Source: Bugula neritina (lineage: Eukaryota > Animalia > Bryozoa). Taken from it: 64,000 bases of DNA. Positions 37,146 to 56,264 of this stretch are shown piece by piece (the stretch's first letter is position 1; each line of letters starts with the position of its first letter). The stretch covers positions 13,515,133 through 13,579,132 of the forward strand of contig OZ037771.1 in the NCBI GenBank assembly GCA_964035545.1. Reading direction: 5' to 3'. The position numbers were made by a program, and so were the translations under genes. A model generated the notes under the pieces. The model saw nothing but the letters and a program-made list of their open reading frames with translations. It was not told the DNA's origin and did no database searches.

Positions 37146-39444
37146 ATGACTTACTGGTACTTTGGGATTGTAAGTATGGTATGATATTCTTTATCAATGT
37201 ATATGCAAAATATATATATTTGAAATTGTTAAACATTTACTTCTTAAAATGTTGGACTTTTTGTATTTCAGATTGTAGCAGTTTCTATCAAATGTATAAA
37301 AACTGATGAAACCATCAACTTTGGGTAAGAAATGTAGTGTATTCTTTAAATGAATATATTATGTCACATCTTACTATATCATATAACATGAACCTCTTTG
37401 AAATAGACTGGTTTATTTTATTCAAATTTTTTACAATAACAGCTGAGCTATTTTAAAATTGAATACTCTGGATTACTTAAACCTAAACACTACTTTTTTC
37501 TTCATAAATAAATCATGCATTTTTCAACATCTTTCTTTAATTAGAAGCATCTGTACTAGTTATTAGAAGTTGTCATATTTAAATTTGTGTTTGTAGTATT
37601 CTATACAACCATGCTGAGCTGTTCATCAAAACAAATGCCCCTGTTTTCCACATGGAGGTTGACCAGTATAAAAACGATGGTAGCCTTTTAATTGGCACCA
37701 AAAGTCATCTCCAAACTGTCAACACTAAGAAGATTACAGACCTTGCAACACTATTGGTAACAGGGTTTGTACAAGTGAACAAAACACACAACTTTATAGT
37801 AGACAACCAGAAACACTGCATCAAAGTGATAAACAGGGAGAATAATCAACTGAGAGACTTTGCAGGAACTTGTGGCACCAGTGGCTATGCAGAAGGTCGA
37901 CTGGGTGTAGGCAGGTTCCATAAACCGTGGGGTGTTATAGCTGATATTTTAAATCATGACAGACTTTTGGTAGCCGATAAAAGTAACCATGCTATACGGT
38001 CAGTTAATATAAAAACAGGAGAAGTGGGTACGGTGATAAAAAATGGATTTTTCTTTCCTAAAAGTTTGCAATGGGAAGGCCCAATCCTCAAGGTAACCAA
38101 CTATAATTTTATCACAATGGTTGGCTGGTGGAAAAATGGAGAAGTTACCAACACTCACATGGCTGGAACAACAAAAAAAGGAGACATTTTTGGCAGTTTT
38201 GATATGGCTCAATTTGGAATGCTTACAGACGTGGAAAGAGTGAGAGAAAACCAATATCTTGTTGCTGATTTTGAAAACAGCAAACTGAAGATTCTTGATA
38301 TGATTAATGGAGTTGTCAGCCCTGTCTGCTCCAAAGGGACGACAACAGAATGTAGCCTTCCGGATGAGCCGATTTCCATGCTGAATTTTGGCAATAATTT
38401 GTATGTTGGAACACAGAAGCATATCTACAAGCTAACTGGTGAATTAAACTAATCATGTTATGATCATGATATTATTTTTAATGTATAATCAGTAATATAG
38501 CTGCATGTTTTATGAAACTTTTTTTGTAAGCTAATAAATTTTGTCTCCACATAGGGTTCAAACCTAAGACCTCCAGCTTGCAAGCAAATGTGCTAACCAT
38601 TACACCACAGGACCACTTGGTAAACTCAGCACTACATCCTACCCAGTTCTCTGAACTTCACTGGCCTACCTACTACTCCTTCAGTCTTCAGACTCCTTTA
38701 GAGTACTACTAATACACTTTAGGCCTACTAAAAGCCGAAATAGCATGTAAAATATTTTTGCCTGCACTGGGATTCGAACCCAAGACCTCTGGCTTGCAGT
38801 AAGGAGCTAACCATTACACTAGGAAGACCACTGAATAAACTCTTCACTACAACTTTGTGTTTGTCAATTGCTAAAATTCAGTTTCTTTTCTATAACTTTA
38901 GATTTATATAAGCAACGTTCAGTAAACTTTCACATATTAATCAAATGTTTGCAATTTTTGTATTTTAGAGACACCAACACGAAAAAGACTGGTATTCAAA
39001 TCAGAGTACGCTATAGCATGCTATGCAGTGATAGAAAATAGTACTGGTAGAAAAGCAAAATTGAAGGAAATAATGCTAGATAGAAGAACAATGCTACAAG
39101 ACATCTGTGCTCAAAGTTAGTCCTTAAAAGTGTGCACAACTCCAAATTTTACATGCTAAAAGCTACTGCATGCATATGAGCTATCAAAATGTGATGGACA
39201 TTAAAAGCTATCTATATTATTTGTCTGTCTAGATTGCACCATGTCCACCACTCTACAACCTTCCTATGAATGCGCCCATGAGTATCTTCTGATCCAGTAC
39301 TGGCCAACGGACACTCTGTATCCCGCCATTATGCAAAAACCACCTCAGCCCTTATTCAATGAGCTGAAAAAGCGCCTCCACAAATTTCCCTTGACGAAGG
39401 CTCTTGGGATTTATCCCATCTTGTCTAAACCTTTCTCCATTTAA
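37146..39444 (+). CDS. NHL cluster gene G7: same architecture as G6, 5 exons, ~425 aa
   Basis: Exons 37146-37169 (MTYWYFGI), 37272-37324, 37597-38438, 38969-39115, 39233-39444 are in frame (1278 nt). Confidence 0.85.
38525..38851 (-). mobile_element. Two adjacent copies of tRNA-like repeat family B (38525-38636, 38746-38851) in G7 intron 3
   Basis: Both contain AACC(C/T)AAGACCTC..GCTTGCA..CTAACCATTACAC..GACCAC..TAAACTC..CACTACA. Confidence 0.72.
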
Positions 39445-40917
39445 CTAGATATTTGGAGCATCAATGACTCAAAATGATATATATTTAATAATATATTGTA
39501 TAACAATACAAAAATATCTAATCTTATGGGTCACATGTATCTAACCTAAATCTGCAAACAATAAAAGTAATTAATGCAATACACATCTACTTTAAATCAA
39601 TTAAAGATGCTTAACACATTATATGCAAGAATATTATGCGTTATTTCTTTTTAAAATGAACATGCAGTATTTTAATTGGTTCTAGAGCAGATAACTACCA
39701 TATAAACAATAATTATATGATGCGCTGCAACTATAACAATACAATTATATTGGGTAAACAAGACATATAGCTGTAGCAGTTTAAAGGAAACCCAGTTAAA
39801 TTTCCAAAACTGCAATTAATTGGCTAAAATTAGTGATTGTTTGTGCAAAACCAAGTAATTGCAAAGTTCTTAATCATACCATACCCATAAAACTTTTGCT
39901 CTAACTAGAATTTGAACCTGAAACCTTTAGATTGCAGGCAGCTATTTCATTCACTACACCACAGGGGTTACTGAGTATATTCAACACTACAATATAATGC
40001 TAATTTATAGTATAGTTAAAGGTTTGGGTGTTTGAAATGACAAGTGGCCTTTGTCTCTTGCATTAGAATACAATTATTATAATAATTATTATACACTTTG
40101 TAATATAATCAGTCTGACGAAGCTGCATATATCATACAAAGTACATGGTGAAAATTAACAACCTTAACCTAGCTTTTATAATAAAAGGGTATATAATAAT
40201 AAAATAACATATAATTATATTGTTACTTTTTCTGAACTCTTATATTATGTGTAATTTTATTGCCAAGTAAATACTGTTTATATCTTTAATTATATGTATA
40301 TATTATAATTGATTGCTGTTTACAAGAAAGGAAAGATGGTAATTTTCTCTCCAGCCGTGGATTGTAGTTTGAATATTACAGGTAAAGCAGCTTCTCAGTT
40401 GATTGCAGCTAATTGTCTGCTGAAAGAGAACCAAAATGCGTAGCTGGAGCTTTTTATTTGTAAGTAGTTTGTAAATATTTTATGGGTAACTTAAAACTTT
40501 TATATGAAACACAATTAGCACATGCAGGGCTACTCTGTTTATTTTAAACAATGGCACAAATAATTCATTACGCAGTGCAAATGCAAGTAGAATCTAAAGA
40601 CATAATGGCCCACCTTGCGCTTCAGTGAACCCGTAGAGATGAGAAAATATAGGGGTTTGTATAACATTACTAATTACAGGCTTGCTAGCTGACAGGCTAA
40701 TAATGATTAGCTTTCTGTGTACTTTATTTATAGAGCATACTCAATGGAATGTTGATACAGCCCTAATTGAGGTAGCTGCCTAATCTCTACATTTCCATTA
40801 TCAAGCTATGCAAATGGGTTTTTCATTCAGCCTATGGAAATAGTTTCATGGACGCAAAACCTCAGCCGGCTCCTTCTGTATGAAAAGTTTTACTTCGAAT
40901 TATGACAACTCACGCAA

Positions 40918-41120
40918 GTTTATAGTCGATATCCTTGTGAGAAACCTCTGATAGTAAGGACTTTTTGTTGAAACGGGCCAAGGACTTATTAAGATGAGGC
41001 ACAAAAGCAATTATGACTGGAAGCTCTTCCTAACATCACTAGTGGCTTTTGTCAGGACTCGAACCCATGACCTCGTGTTTACTAGGCGAATGCTCTAACC
41101 CCTAGACCACTGCTGCTTCT
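40918..41120 (-). mobile_element. tRNA-derived SINE family A, best-preserved copy
   Basis: Minus strand: GCAGCAGTGGTCTAGGGGTTAGAGCATTCGCC..GGGTTCGAGTCCTG head, then GATGTTAGGAAGAGCTTCCAGTCATAA body. Duplicated at ~54092-54285. Confidence 0.8.
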
Positions 41121-41547
41121 TTCCTTCGCCTTATGAATTATTGATCAAATCAAATGAAAAATTTTGTGACAGAGGCAGAGATCAGCGATTGTGGCAGCTT
41201 GTTAGTAGTTACATTATATGAATGTAAATATACAACTTATACATATCAAGTAATTTTATAAAAAAAGATACTATATAGATCTGCCCATATATAACTATAC
41301 CAGTATATACAACTTACAAGCAATCTTATTCTAGATGAATAGGAATAAAATAAGTTATTAAGTGTAAAGAGATTATGGGCGCTTTCGGATTCCTTACGAG
41401 TAGGGGGGGGGGGGGGGTGTAACAAAATGAACAGCTATTCATGAGCCAATAGAATGAGTCACTAGATTTTCCTCATGTAGAGTTATCTTCTCATGTATCA
41501 CATGTAGACTAGAGAAAGTAGAGTATACATATATAGTATGTTAATCA

Positions 41548-41666
41548 TGTGACACCGGCAGTGCAACCACTTGTTATTCAGTGTCACAGCTGCAGACAGA
41601 TGAGTAGAGTATAGTCTGCTAGTCATGTGACACCAGCAGTGCAACCACTTGTTATTCAGTGTCACA
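41548..41666. repeat. Two 41-bp direct repeats (period 78), each bounded by TGTGACAC/GTGTCACA inverted ends
   Basis: TGTGACACC(G/A)GCAGTGCAACCACTTGTTATTCAGTGTCACA twice; also present at ~54705-54823. Confidence 0.9.
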
Positions 41667-43113
41667 GTATTATAACTGTATTATTATATCATATATTTGG
41701 AATAATGGAATGATACTATCCACTATTCTTTCATTATTTATTTACACTCATTGAATGAGTTATTGATAAGCTAAATATAATGTGTATAAACAAACAAAAA
41801 GTACATGATTATCTAAAACTATACAATTCTCTCAGAAAGAGATATGAGAGAGATATAGAGATATAGAGATATGCTTGCTGGACTATATACAAGATGCATG
41901 GATCAGCTATATAACTAATAGCAGACAACTCTCTACAGTCATGGGTTATGCTGCTAGGAATCTGAGGCTTCGTTATAAAACTTATAGTGCTATAACATAA
42001 ATGTATTTACGCCTAACATGAAGAAAGAGTTTATAAAATAGATGCCTGCTGTTTAGTATGAACACCTGCAACGAGTTGTATTTATGTAATACTTTCTAGG
42101 TGGGCTTTAAACAAACAGTCATATTGATTATATGTATTAGCTTTATTCTCCTTTTGTATTGTATAAAGTTTTTATAACTGCTTAAAAAATAATAAACCAG
42201 TTTTGATTTCTAAGCTGTACATTCATGCGGCTTAGAAAAGGTTCGTATAGATTCCAGCAAATAACAACGAGGGGGGGTTGCTATTTGCTTATGTGTTGTT
42301 CATTTATTAGCTCAACACTCTCTATAATTTGACATCCATTGTATGTTAAACTCTGGTATTTAACCCATTAACATGTATGTTATTCTCATAGACTGTTGAA
42401 TTCATTACAAAGACGGTTGTTATAGATTACAGAGACAGCAGAGTTCTAAAGAGTTATATTAATATATTAAACTAGCAATCTATATCTGGACATATATAAC
42501 TATATACATTGTAATCTATTGAATGGTGAGTTACTGCTATTATATGATATGGAGGTATGGCTTTATCTTGTATTTATATATGTGTGTTGTATAGACTTAT
42601 TCTTAATTATTTACAGATTAACCAGTAACCATGGTAACCTAGCTAGTACGATTTGCAATAAAGAAAAGAAAGCCGCTTCTGAAACAAAGAATAAATAACA
42701 TGGCGTAAATTTGCCAAAGGTAAAAATATATATTTTTTAATATACAGCTAAAAGTAGGAAACTTATAGTCTAGAAGTATATAGATCACATCTAATATATA
42801 TGTAATACGTATATACAACGCTCCATGCTACCATGAAAACACAGCTTCTTTAAAATGAGTGTTGCGCTTTAATTGCTACAAATTGTATGTTAATTGTGAA
42901 TATGTTGTCAGTTTTTTATTATCAAATTAGAATTTGAGCCTATAAATATTATATGTTAAATAAGCAATGCTATTAGATAATGTATTCTATTGAATTGATG
43001 TATTGGGAAAAGTGCCGCAATATGTTGTATATATACTACATGACTAATGACAAGTGAATAGGTACTCACATTCATTATTCTATATACTCAGGTACAACAC
43101 AACATGGTGAATC

Positions 43114-49323
<6,210 letters not shown>

Positions 49324-50384
49324 GTTTTTGATTCTAGCTAGTTTCACAAACACATGCTTATAGCTCTATGGTAGTACTCTCATTGAGGTATTTTATGGCT
49401 CTGCTTTATAATACATATAAAAATAATAATTTTTACAATACTTACTACCCTAAAGGATCAGTTGAGTTTAGTCTTCAGTAACATCCATTTTTGAAATTTT
49501 TGTATACATGGCATTCTGTATTATACTTTGAAGAATATTTTTTGGGAAGGTGTGATTTATATTATATTATAGCTTTATTATTGTATGCCTAATTATGTTG
49601 CTCATTCTATCTATACAATGCAAATTTGAAATTGTAATCAACTTCTTGGCTATAGTAAGAATTCAAAGATATTTCTTTCAAAGTAATATTCACATGTATC
49701 TTTGGAGCTTAATTATAAGTTCTTGCATTTTCTTGCTTCATTTTATCATTTCAGCAAGTCTGTACTTTTGACAATATTTTATTTATACTGCATTTTATGC
49801 CACATTATATATGCCTGAATTCAGTTACAAAATTTAGAAAGCTCTTTTAGTTTTATAGAGTTAATAATATATCATATAGTTGTAGCTTTTATAGCACTTT
49901 TAGTACAATCATGTGTCCATGTATTTATTAGTACAAGTAAAATATATTGTGTGTTATATGCAAACATGTTATTCACTTCTGAACCTTAGTTTAACAGATA
50001 TTTATGCCTAAAAGTGATATTGAAACATGTTCCTGACAGAATTAAGTAACATGTTGAAGCAGATCTAAACAGTGCATGTATGTTAAGATGCATTAAGCTA
50101 TAATGTTCTTATATGTTATAGCTATATTATGAACCACAAACGTTTATTTGCTCCAGAAAATTTTTTTTAATAATTTCAAGTTGTGATATAATCAAAATTT
50201 TGACTAAATAACTATGCAGTGTGTTTTAAGTTACTTGAGCTTTACATTACACTAATTATTCCTATAATAACGTTAATTTACTCAAAGAGCATAACATACA
50301 CTACAGCTAGTATAAATATTCAAATTATTATAATAATTTACCTATACAAAGAGTATACAAAGTATGATATATTACGTGGTGTTT

Positions 50385-50632
50385 AGCGAAAATGGCATTA
50401 GTAAAATAGCACAGGTAAAAATGGCACAATAAGTAATAATAATAGCACAATAAGTATAATAATAATGGTACAAATGACAAAGTATAGGTAAAAGTGGCAC
50501 ACTTTCAATATTAGGGTTTGAGTTGCAGTTTGGGAAATTTTAACATCAGTGTATCATTTTTTTTTTCTATTTTGGTATTTGTGCCCAATTATTACCAGTG
50601 CCATTTTTACTGTGCCATGATTTTTACCTGAA
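50385..50632. mobile_element. Small foldback/MITE-like element with repeated AAAATGGCAC / GTGCCATTTT subterminal motifs
   Basis: CAGGTAAAAATGGCACA ... TGTGCCATGATTTTTACCTG; counterpart at ~62730-62946. Confidence 0.55.
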
Positions 50633-50913
50633 ATCAAGTTAAATATATGTGAAGTTGATACTCTGTTATAATTAGTGTTGCTATCATGCAGAATGGTATA
50701 AATAAACATCCTATTTCACTGAGCAAAGTTTTAACTTTTGTTTCATTATAATTTACATAACATGTTGATTTTCAGATATTGTTATATATAGCCTTAATTC
50801 AGGCAGAATGAGATCAGACTGACAGGGTATTATAGAAATGAAGCTCCAGGGTACAATGTATAGATGCTGCACTGAGTTCTAGAAACTTCTGTGAAGCTGT
50901 CTATTGCTGCTGC

Positions 50914-51614
50914 TGACACACTATAGCAAGCTACTATTTTTGTTGTTGAAATGTAAGCAGAAGTCACTACATCTTGTGTTGGCTATTCAATTTCCATAAG
51001 AAAAGTTTTAATTTCTTTACTGAAATGATGAAAAAATTATTTCAGTAACTTGATGATCAAAATAGTATCTCACTGCAGTAAATTGTAAAACAAATGCATT
51101 TAATCTATATGTATAAGTATAACAAGAAAGTTGCCAGTTGAGGATTCTGATGGAATTTATATATGCAGATATATATAACAAACTGTATTACGTTGGCTCA
51201 CAGGTTCTCTTCTCACCAAATTCAATAGATTACGAAAAAAAAGTTTGGACTCTATAGCGGTTTCTGACACACTATAGCTACTATTTTTGTTGTTGAAATG
51301 TAAGCAGAAGTCACTACATCTTGTGTTGGCTATTCAATTTCCATAAGAAAAGTTTTAATTTCTTTACTGAAATGATGAAAAAATTATTTCAGTAACTTGA
51401 TGATCAAAATAGTATCTCACTGCAGTAAATTGTAAAACAAATGCATTTAATCTATATGTATAAGTATAACAAGAAAGTTGCCAGTTGAGGATTCTGATGG
51501 AATTTATATATGCAGATATATATAACAAACTGTATTACGTTGGCTCACAGGTTCTCTTCTCACGAAATTCAATAGATTACGAAAAAAAAGTTTGGACTCT
51601 ATAGCGGTTTCTGA
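50914..51614 (+). repeat. Local ~350-bp tandem duplication present only in segment copy 1
   Basis: TGACACACTATAGC...TTTGGACTCTATAGCGGTTTCTGA occurs twice here and once (~63224-63583) in copy 2. Confidence 0.9.
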
Positions 51615-52070
51615 TTAATGATGAAAATCTGTGACTTAGATTTTTTGAGTCAAATTTGACTTTCAAAGAAGGAGAAACTATGTCTTGTATCAAAGATGGG
51701 AAAACATAAGAATTGTGTTGCTTAAACAGTCATCTGATTAAAATTTAAATCCATGCAGTTGTACAATATATATTGACAAGAATTTAGCATAAATAGCGAG
51801 AGGTCATTTAATACAGCTGCTGTATGTATCTTACGTATATAATGCATTATTATAGAAAGGACATAAGTGGCCAGATTTAAATTTAGATCAATTAAATATG
51901 CTTAGCATACAACACATGCAGAAATATTATGCATGCTTTGTTTATAAAAATAACATATTACTTTGATGGACTTTACAAAAAAAATGTAAAAATTATATTG
52001 CATAGGTATGAAGTTTTCACTTCACCTTTTGACGACTTAAATGACCGGTGTCATCCGGATAGAGGATATA

Positions 52071-52537
52071 GGCTAAATTTCCCACTTGGAGGCTTCCCAG
52101 TTAGATGCTATTTATTTATATTGGTACAATATATTATATTTTATGTGCAATTAATTTGAATACTGTTTAAATATATGTATGTTTAAATAAAGGACATATT
52201 AAGCACATAAATAAATTCTTTTGATCTGCATTAAAGTATTAATTTTACTTGTTTTTTGCTTTTTTTGAACAGATATTTTGTTAATGAGTATTCAATAATT
52301 AAAGATAATGTTTATTATTTATATATTACTGCTTTTTGTCCCACACAAATCTTTGAAAATTAGAACATCATTCCAAATAATTCATGTTAGATATTTAGCT
52401 ATTAGCATTTTAGCTATATATGTGGCAATGAATGCAACAGTTATACATATACAGGTATATTACTAGGTATATAATTATATGGCACCCAAATATAAAATAG
52501 CGTCTAACTGGGGAGCGTCCAAGTGGGAAACTTAGCC
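52071..52537. mobile_element. MITE family M1, intact copy in the spacer between the duplicated segments
   Basis: ~45-bp TIRs GGCTAAATTTCCCACTTGGAGGCTTCCCAGTTAGATGCTATTT / AAATAGCGTCTAACTGGGGAGCGTCCAAGTGGGAAACTTAGCC flanked by TA. Confidence 0.85.
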
Positions 52538-54091
52538 TATATAGCTATCGTCTAACTGCATGGAAAATAAGAGTCTATATCTGGCATAAAACCTTCTGAC
52601 CATAAGTGGAGTAAACTGAGTAAACCACTAGGCTAAGCACTGGTTACAATATTCCATCTTTATTTTTAACGTAAAACCATTACCAACCTTTCTTATATAA
52701 CAGGCCAACCATTAACCTATTGAACAATCTTAATTTTATAACACATGAGCAACTGACAGTTATACAAAAACATAAATACAAGAAATATCATTATTCGTGC
52801 ACATTGAAGTTACAACACTATAAATTGTCAAAAGAACAAAACTTGAATATATATAATGATATAATGCAATATAAAATTATAGCTGCCTTGTGGGCCTATG
52901 CCTCTTAGAATACTGATTATTCATTGTATTCGTCATTTGCTTGTTTGTTATAAATAGCTTAAAATACAGGCTATTCTCTGATGTCACTGTTTGTGCAAAA
53001 CCATGTAATTGCAAAGTTCTTGATCATACCAGACCCATAAGACTTTTGCTCCAACTATAACAATTCAAGCCTGAAACCTCTAGATTGCAGGCAGCTATTT
53101 CATTCACTACACCACAGGGGTTACTGGGTATGCTGAACACTACAATGTTATTATAATGCAACAATTTATAGCAGTTAAAGGTTTGGGTGTTTGAAATGAC
53201 AGTGGCCTTTGTCTTTTGCATTAGAATACAATTATAATAATTGTTATAAACTCTGTAATATAGTCAGTCTGACAAAGTTACATGTCATACAAAGTACATG
53301 GTGAAAATTACCTACCTTAATCTAGTTTTTATAATAAAAGGGTATAATAATAAAATAACATATAATTATATTGTTACTTTTTTCTGAACTCTTATATATT
53401 ATGTGTAATTTTATTGCCAAGTAAATACTGTTTATATCTTTAATTCTATGTATATATTATAATTGATTGCTGTTTACAAGAAAGGAAAGGTGGTAATTTT
53501 CTCTCCAGGTGTGGACTGTAGTTTGAATATTACAGGTAAAGCAGCTTCTCAGTTGATTGCAGGTAATTGTCTGCTGAAAGAGAACCAAAATGCGTAGCTG
53601 GAGCTTTTTATTTTTAAGCAGTTTATGAATATTTTATGGGTGACTTGAAGCTTTTATATGAAACACAATTAGCATATGCAGGTCTATTCTGTTTATATCA
53701 GAGGATGGCACAAATAATTCATCATGCAGTGCAAATGCGCAAGTAGAATCTAAAGACATAATGGCCCACTTTGCGCTTCAATGAACCCATAGAAATGAGA
53801 AGATATAAGTGTTTGTATAACATTACTAATTACAGGCTTGCTAGCTGACAGGCTAATTATGACTATCTTTCTGTGTACTTTATTTATAGAGCATACACAA
53901 TGGAATGTTGATACAGCCCTAATTGAGGTAGCTGCCTAATCTCTACATTTCCATTATCACGCTATGCAAATGGGTTTTTTTATTCAGCCTATGGAAATTG
54001 TCTTCATGGAAGCAAAATTGCAGCGGGAGATTCAATTAAACTGCTCCTTCAATATAAAAAGTCTCCTTCGAATTATGAAAACTCACGCAAA

Positions 54092-54285
54092 TTTATAGTC
54101 GATATCCCTGTGAGAAACACAGGATTTTTTTGTTAAAGCAGGCCAAGGACTTATTAAGACGAGGCGAAGGAGCAATTATAACTGGATGCTCTTCCTAACA
54201 TCACTAGTGGCTTTTGTCAGGACTCGAACCCATAACCTCGTGTTTACTAGGCGAATGCTCTAACCCCTAGACCACTGCTGCTTCT
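54092..54285 (-). mobile_element. tRNA-derived SINE family A (duplicated with the segment)
   Basis: Near-identical to 40918-41120. Confidence 0.8.
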
Positions 54286-56264
54286 TTCCTTCAAATTATG
54301 AATTATTGATTGAATCAAATGAAAAATTTTGTGACAGAGAGATCAGTGATTGTGGCAGCTTGTTAGTAGTTACATTATATGATTGTAAGCATACAACTTA
54401 TACGTATCAAGTAGTTTTATAGAAAATATACTATATAGATCTGCCCATATGTAACTATACCAGTATATACAACTTACAAGCAATCTTATTATAGATGAAT
54501 AGGAATAAAATAAGTTATTAAGTGTAAAGAGATTATGGGCGCTTTCGGATTCCCTACGAGTAGGGGGGGGGGGGTGGAACAAAATGAACAGCCATTCATG
54601 AGCCAATAGAATGAGTCACTAGATTTTCCTCACGTAGAGTTATCTTCTCATGTATCACATGTAGACTAGAGAAAGTAGAGTATACATATATTGTATGTTA
54701 ATCATGTGACACCGGCAGTGCAACCACTTGTTATTCAGTGTCACAGCTGCACACAGATGAGTAGAGCATAGTCTGCCAGTCATGTGACACCAGCAGTGCA
54801 ACCACTTGTTATTCAGTGTCACAGTATTATAACTGTATTATTATATCATATATTTGGAATAATGGAATAATACTATCCACTATTCTTTCATTATTTATTT
54901 ACACTCATTGAATGAGTTATTGATAAGCTAAATATAATGTGTATAAACAAACAAAAAGTACATGATTATCTAAAACTATACAATTCTCTCAGAAAGAGAT
55001 ATGAGAGAGATATAGAGATATAGAGATATGCTTGCTGGACTATATACAAGATGCATGGATCAGCTATATAACTAATAGCAGACAACTCTCTACAGTCATG
55101 GGTTATGCTGCTAGGAATCTGAGGCTTCGTTATAAAACTTATAGTGCTATAACATAAAATATGACTTTACGCCTAACATGAAGAAAGAGTTTAAATAGAT
55201 GCCTGCTGTTTAGTATGAACACCTGTGAAGAGTTGTATTTATGTAATACTTTCTAGGTGGGCTTTAAACAAACAGTCATATTGATTATATGTATTAGCTT
55301 TATTCTCCTTTTGTATTGTATAGAGTTTTTATAACTGCTTGAAAAATAATAAACCAGTTTTGATTTCTAAGCTGTACATTCATGCGGCTTAGAAAAGGTT
55401 CGTATAGATTCCAGCAAATAACAACGAGGGGGGGTTGCTATTTGCTTATGTGTTGTTCATTTATTAGCTCAACACTCTCTATAATTTGACATCCTTTGTA
55501 TGTTACACTCTGGTATTTAACTCATTAACATGTATGTTATTCTCATAGACTGTTGAATTCATTACAAAGACAGTTGTTATAGATTACAGAGACAGCAGAG
55601 TTCTAAAGAGTTATATTAATATATTAAACTAGCAATCTATATCTGGACATATATAACTATATACATTGTAATCTATTGAATGGTGAGTTACTGCTATTAT
55701 ATGATATGGAGGTGGCTTTATCTTGTATGTATATATGTGAGTTGTATACTTATTCTTCATTATTTACAGATCAACCTGTAACCATGGTAACCTAGCACGA
55801 TTTGCAATAAAGGAAGGAAAGCTGTTTCTCAAATAAAGAATAAATAACATGGCGTAAATTTGCCAAAGGTAAAAATATATATATTTTAATATACAGCTAA
55901 AAGTAGGAAACTTATAGTCTAGAATGATAGATTAAATATAATATAATATGTAATACGTATACAACGTTCCACGCTAACAGCATGAAAACACCCTTCTCTA
56001 AAATGAGTGTTTCGCTTTAATTGCCACAAAATTGTATGTTAATTGTGAATATGTTGTCAGTTTTTTATTATCAAATTAGAATTTGATCCTATAAATATTA
56101 TATGTTAAATATGCAATGCTATTAGATACATGTATTCTATTGAATTGATGTATTGGGAAAAGTGCCACAATATATTGTATATATTATATATGACTAATGA
56201 CAAGTGAATACTGGTACTAACATTTATTATTCCAATACTCAGGTACAACATGACATGGTGAATC

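Noticed and set aside
24575-38422. Recurrent antisense ORFs over NHL exons (24575-25090, 29326-29508, 34715-35065, 38000-38422)
   Set aside because: Shadow frames of the sense coding sequence; limits are not conserved among paralogs.
41548-41666. CRISPR-like repeat-spacer-repeat
   Set aside because: Only two repeats, eukaryotic context, no cas genes; flanks indicate a simple 78-bp duplication.
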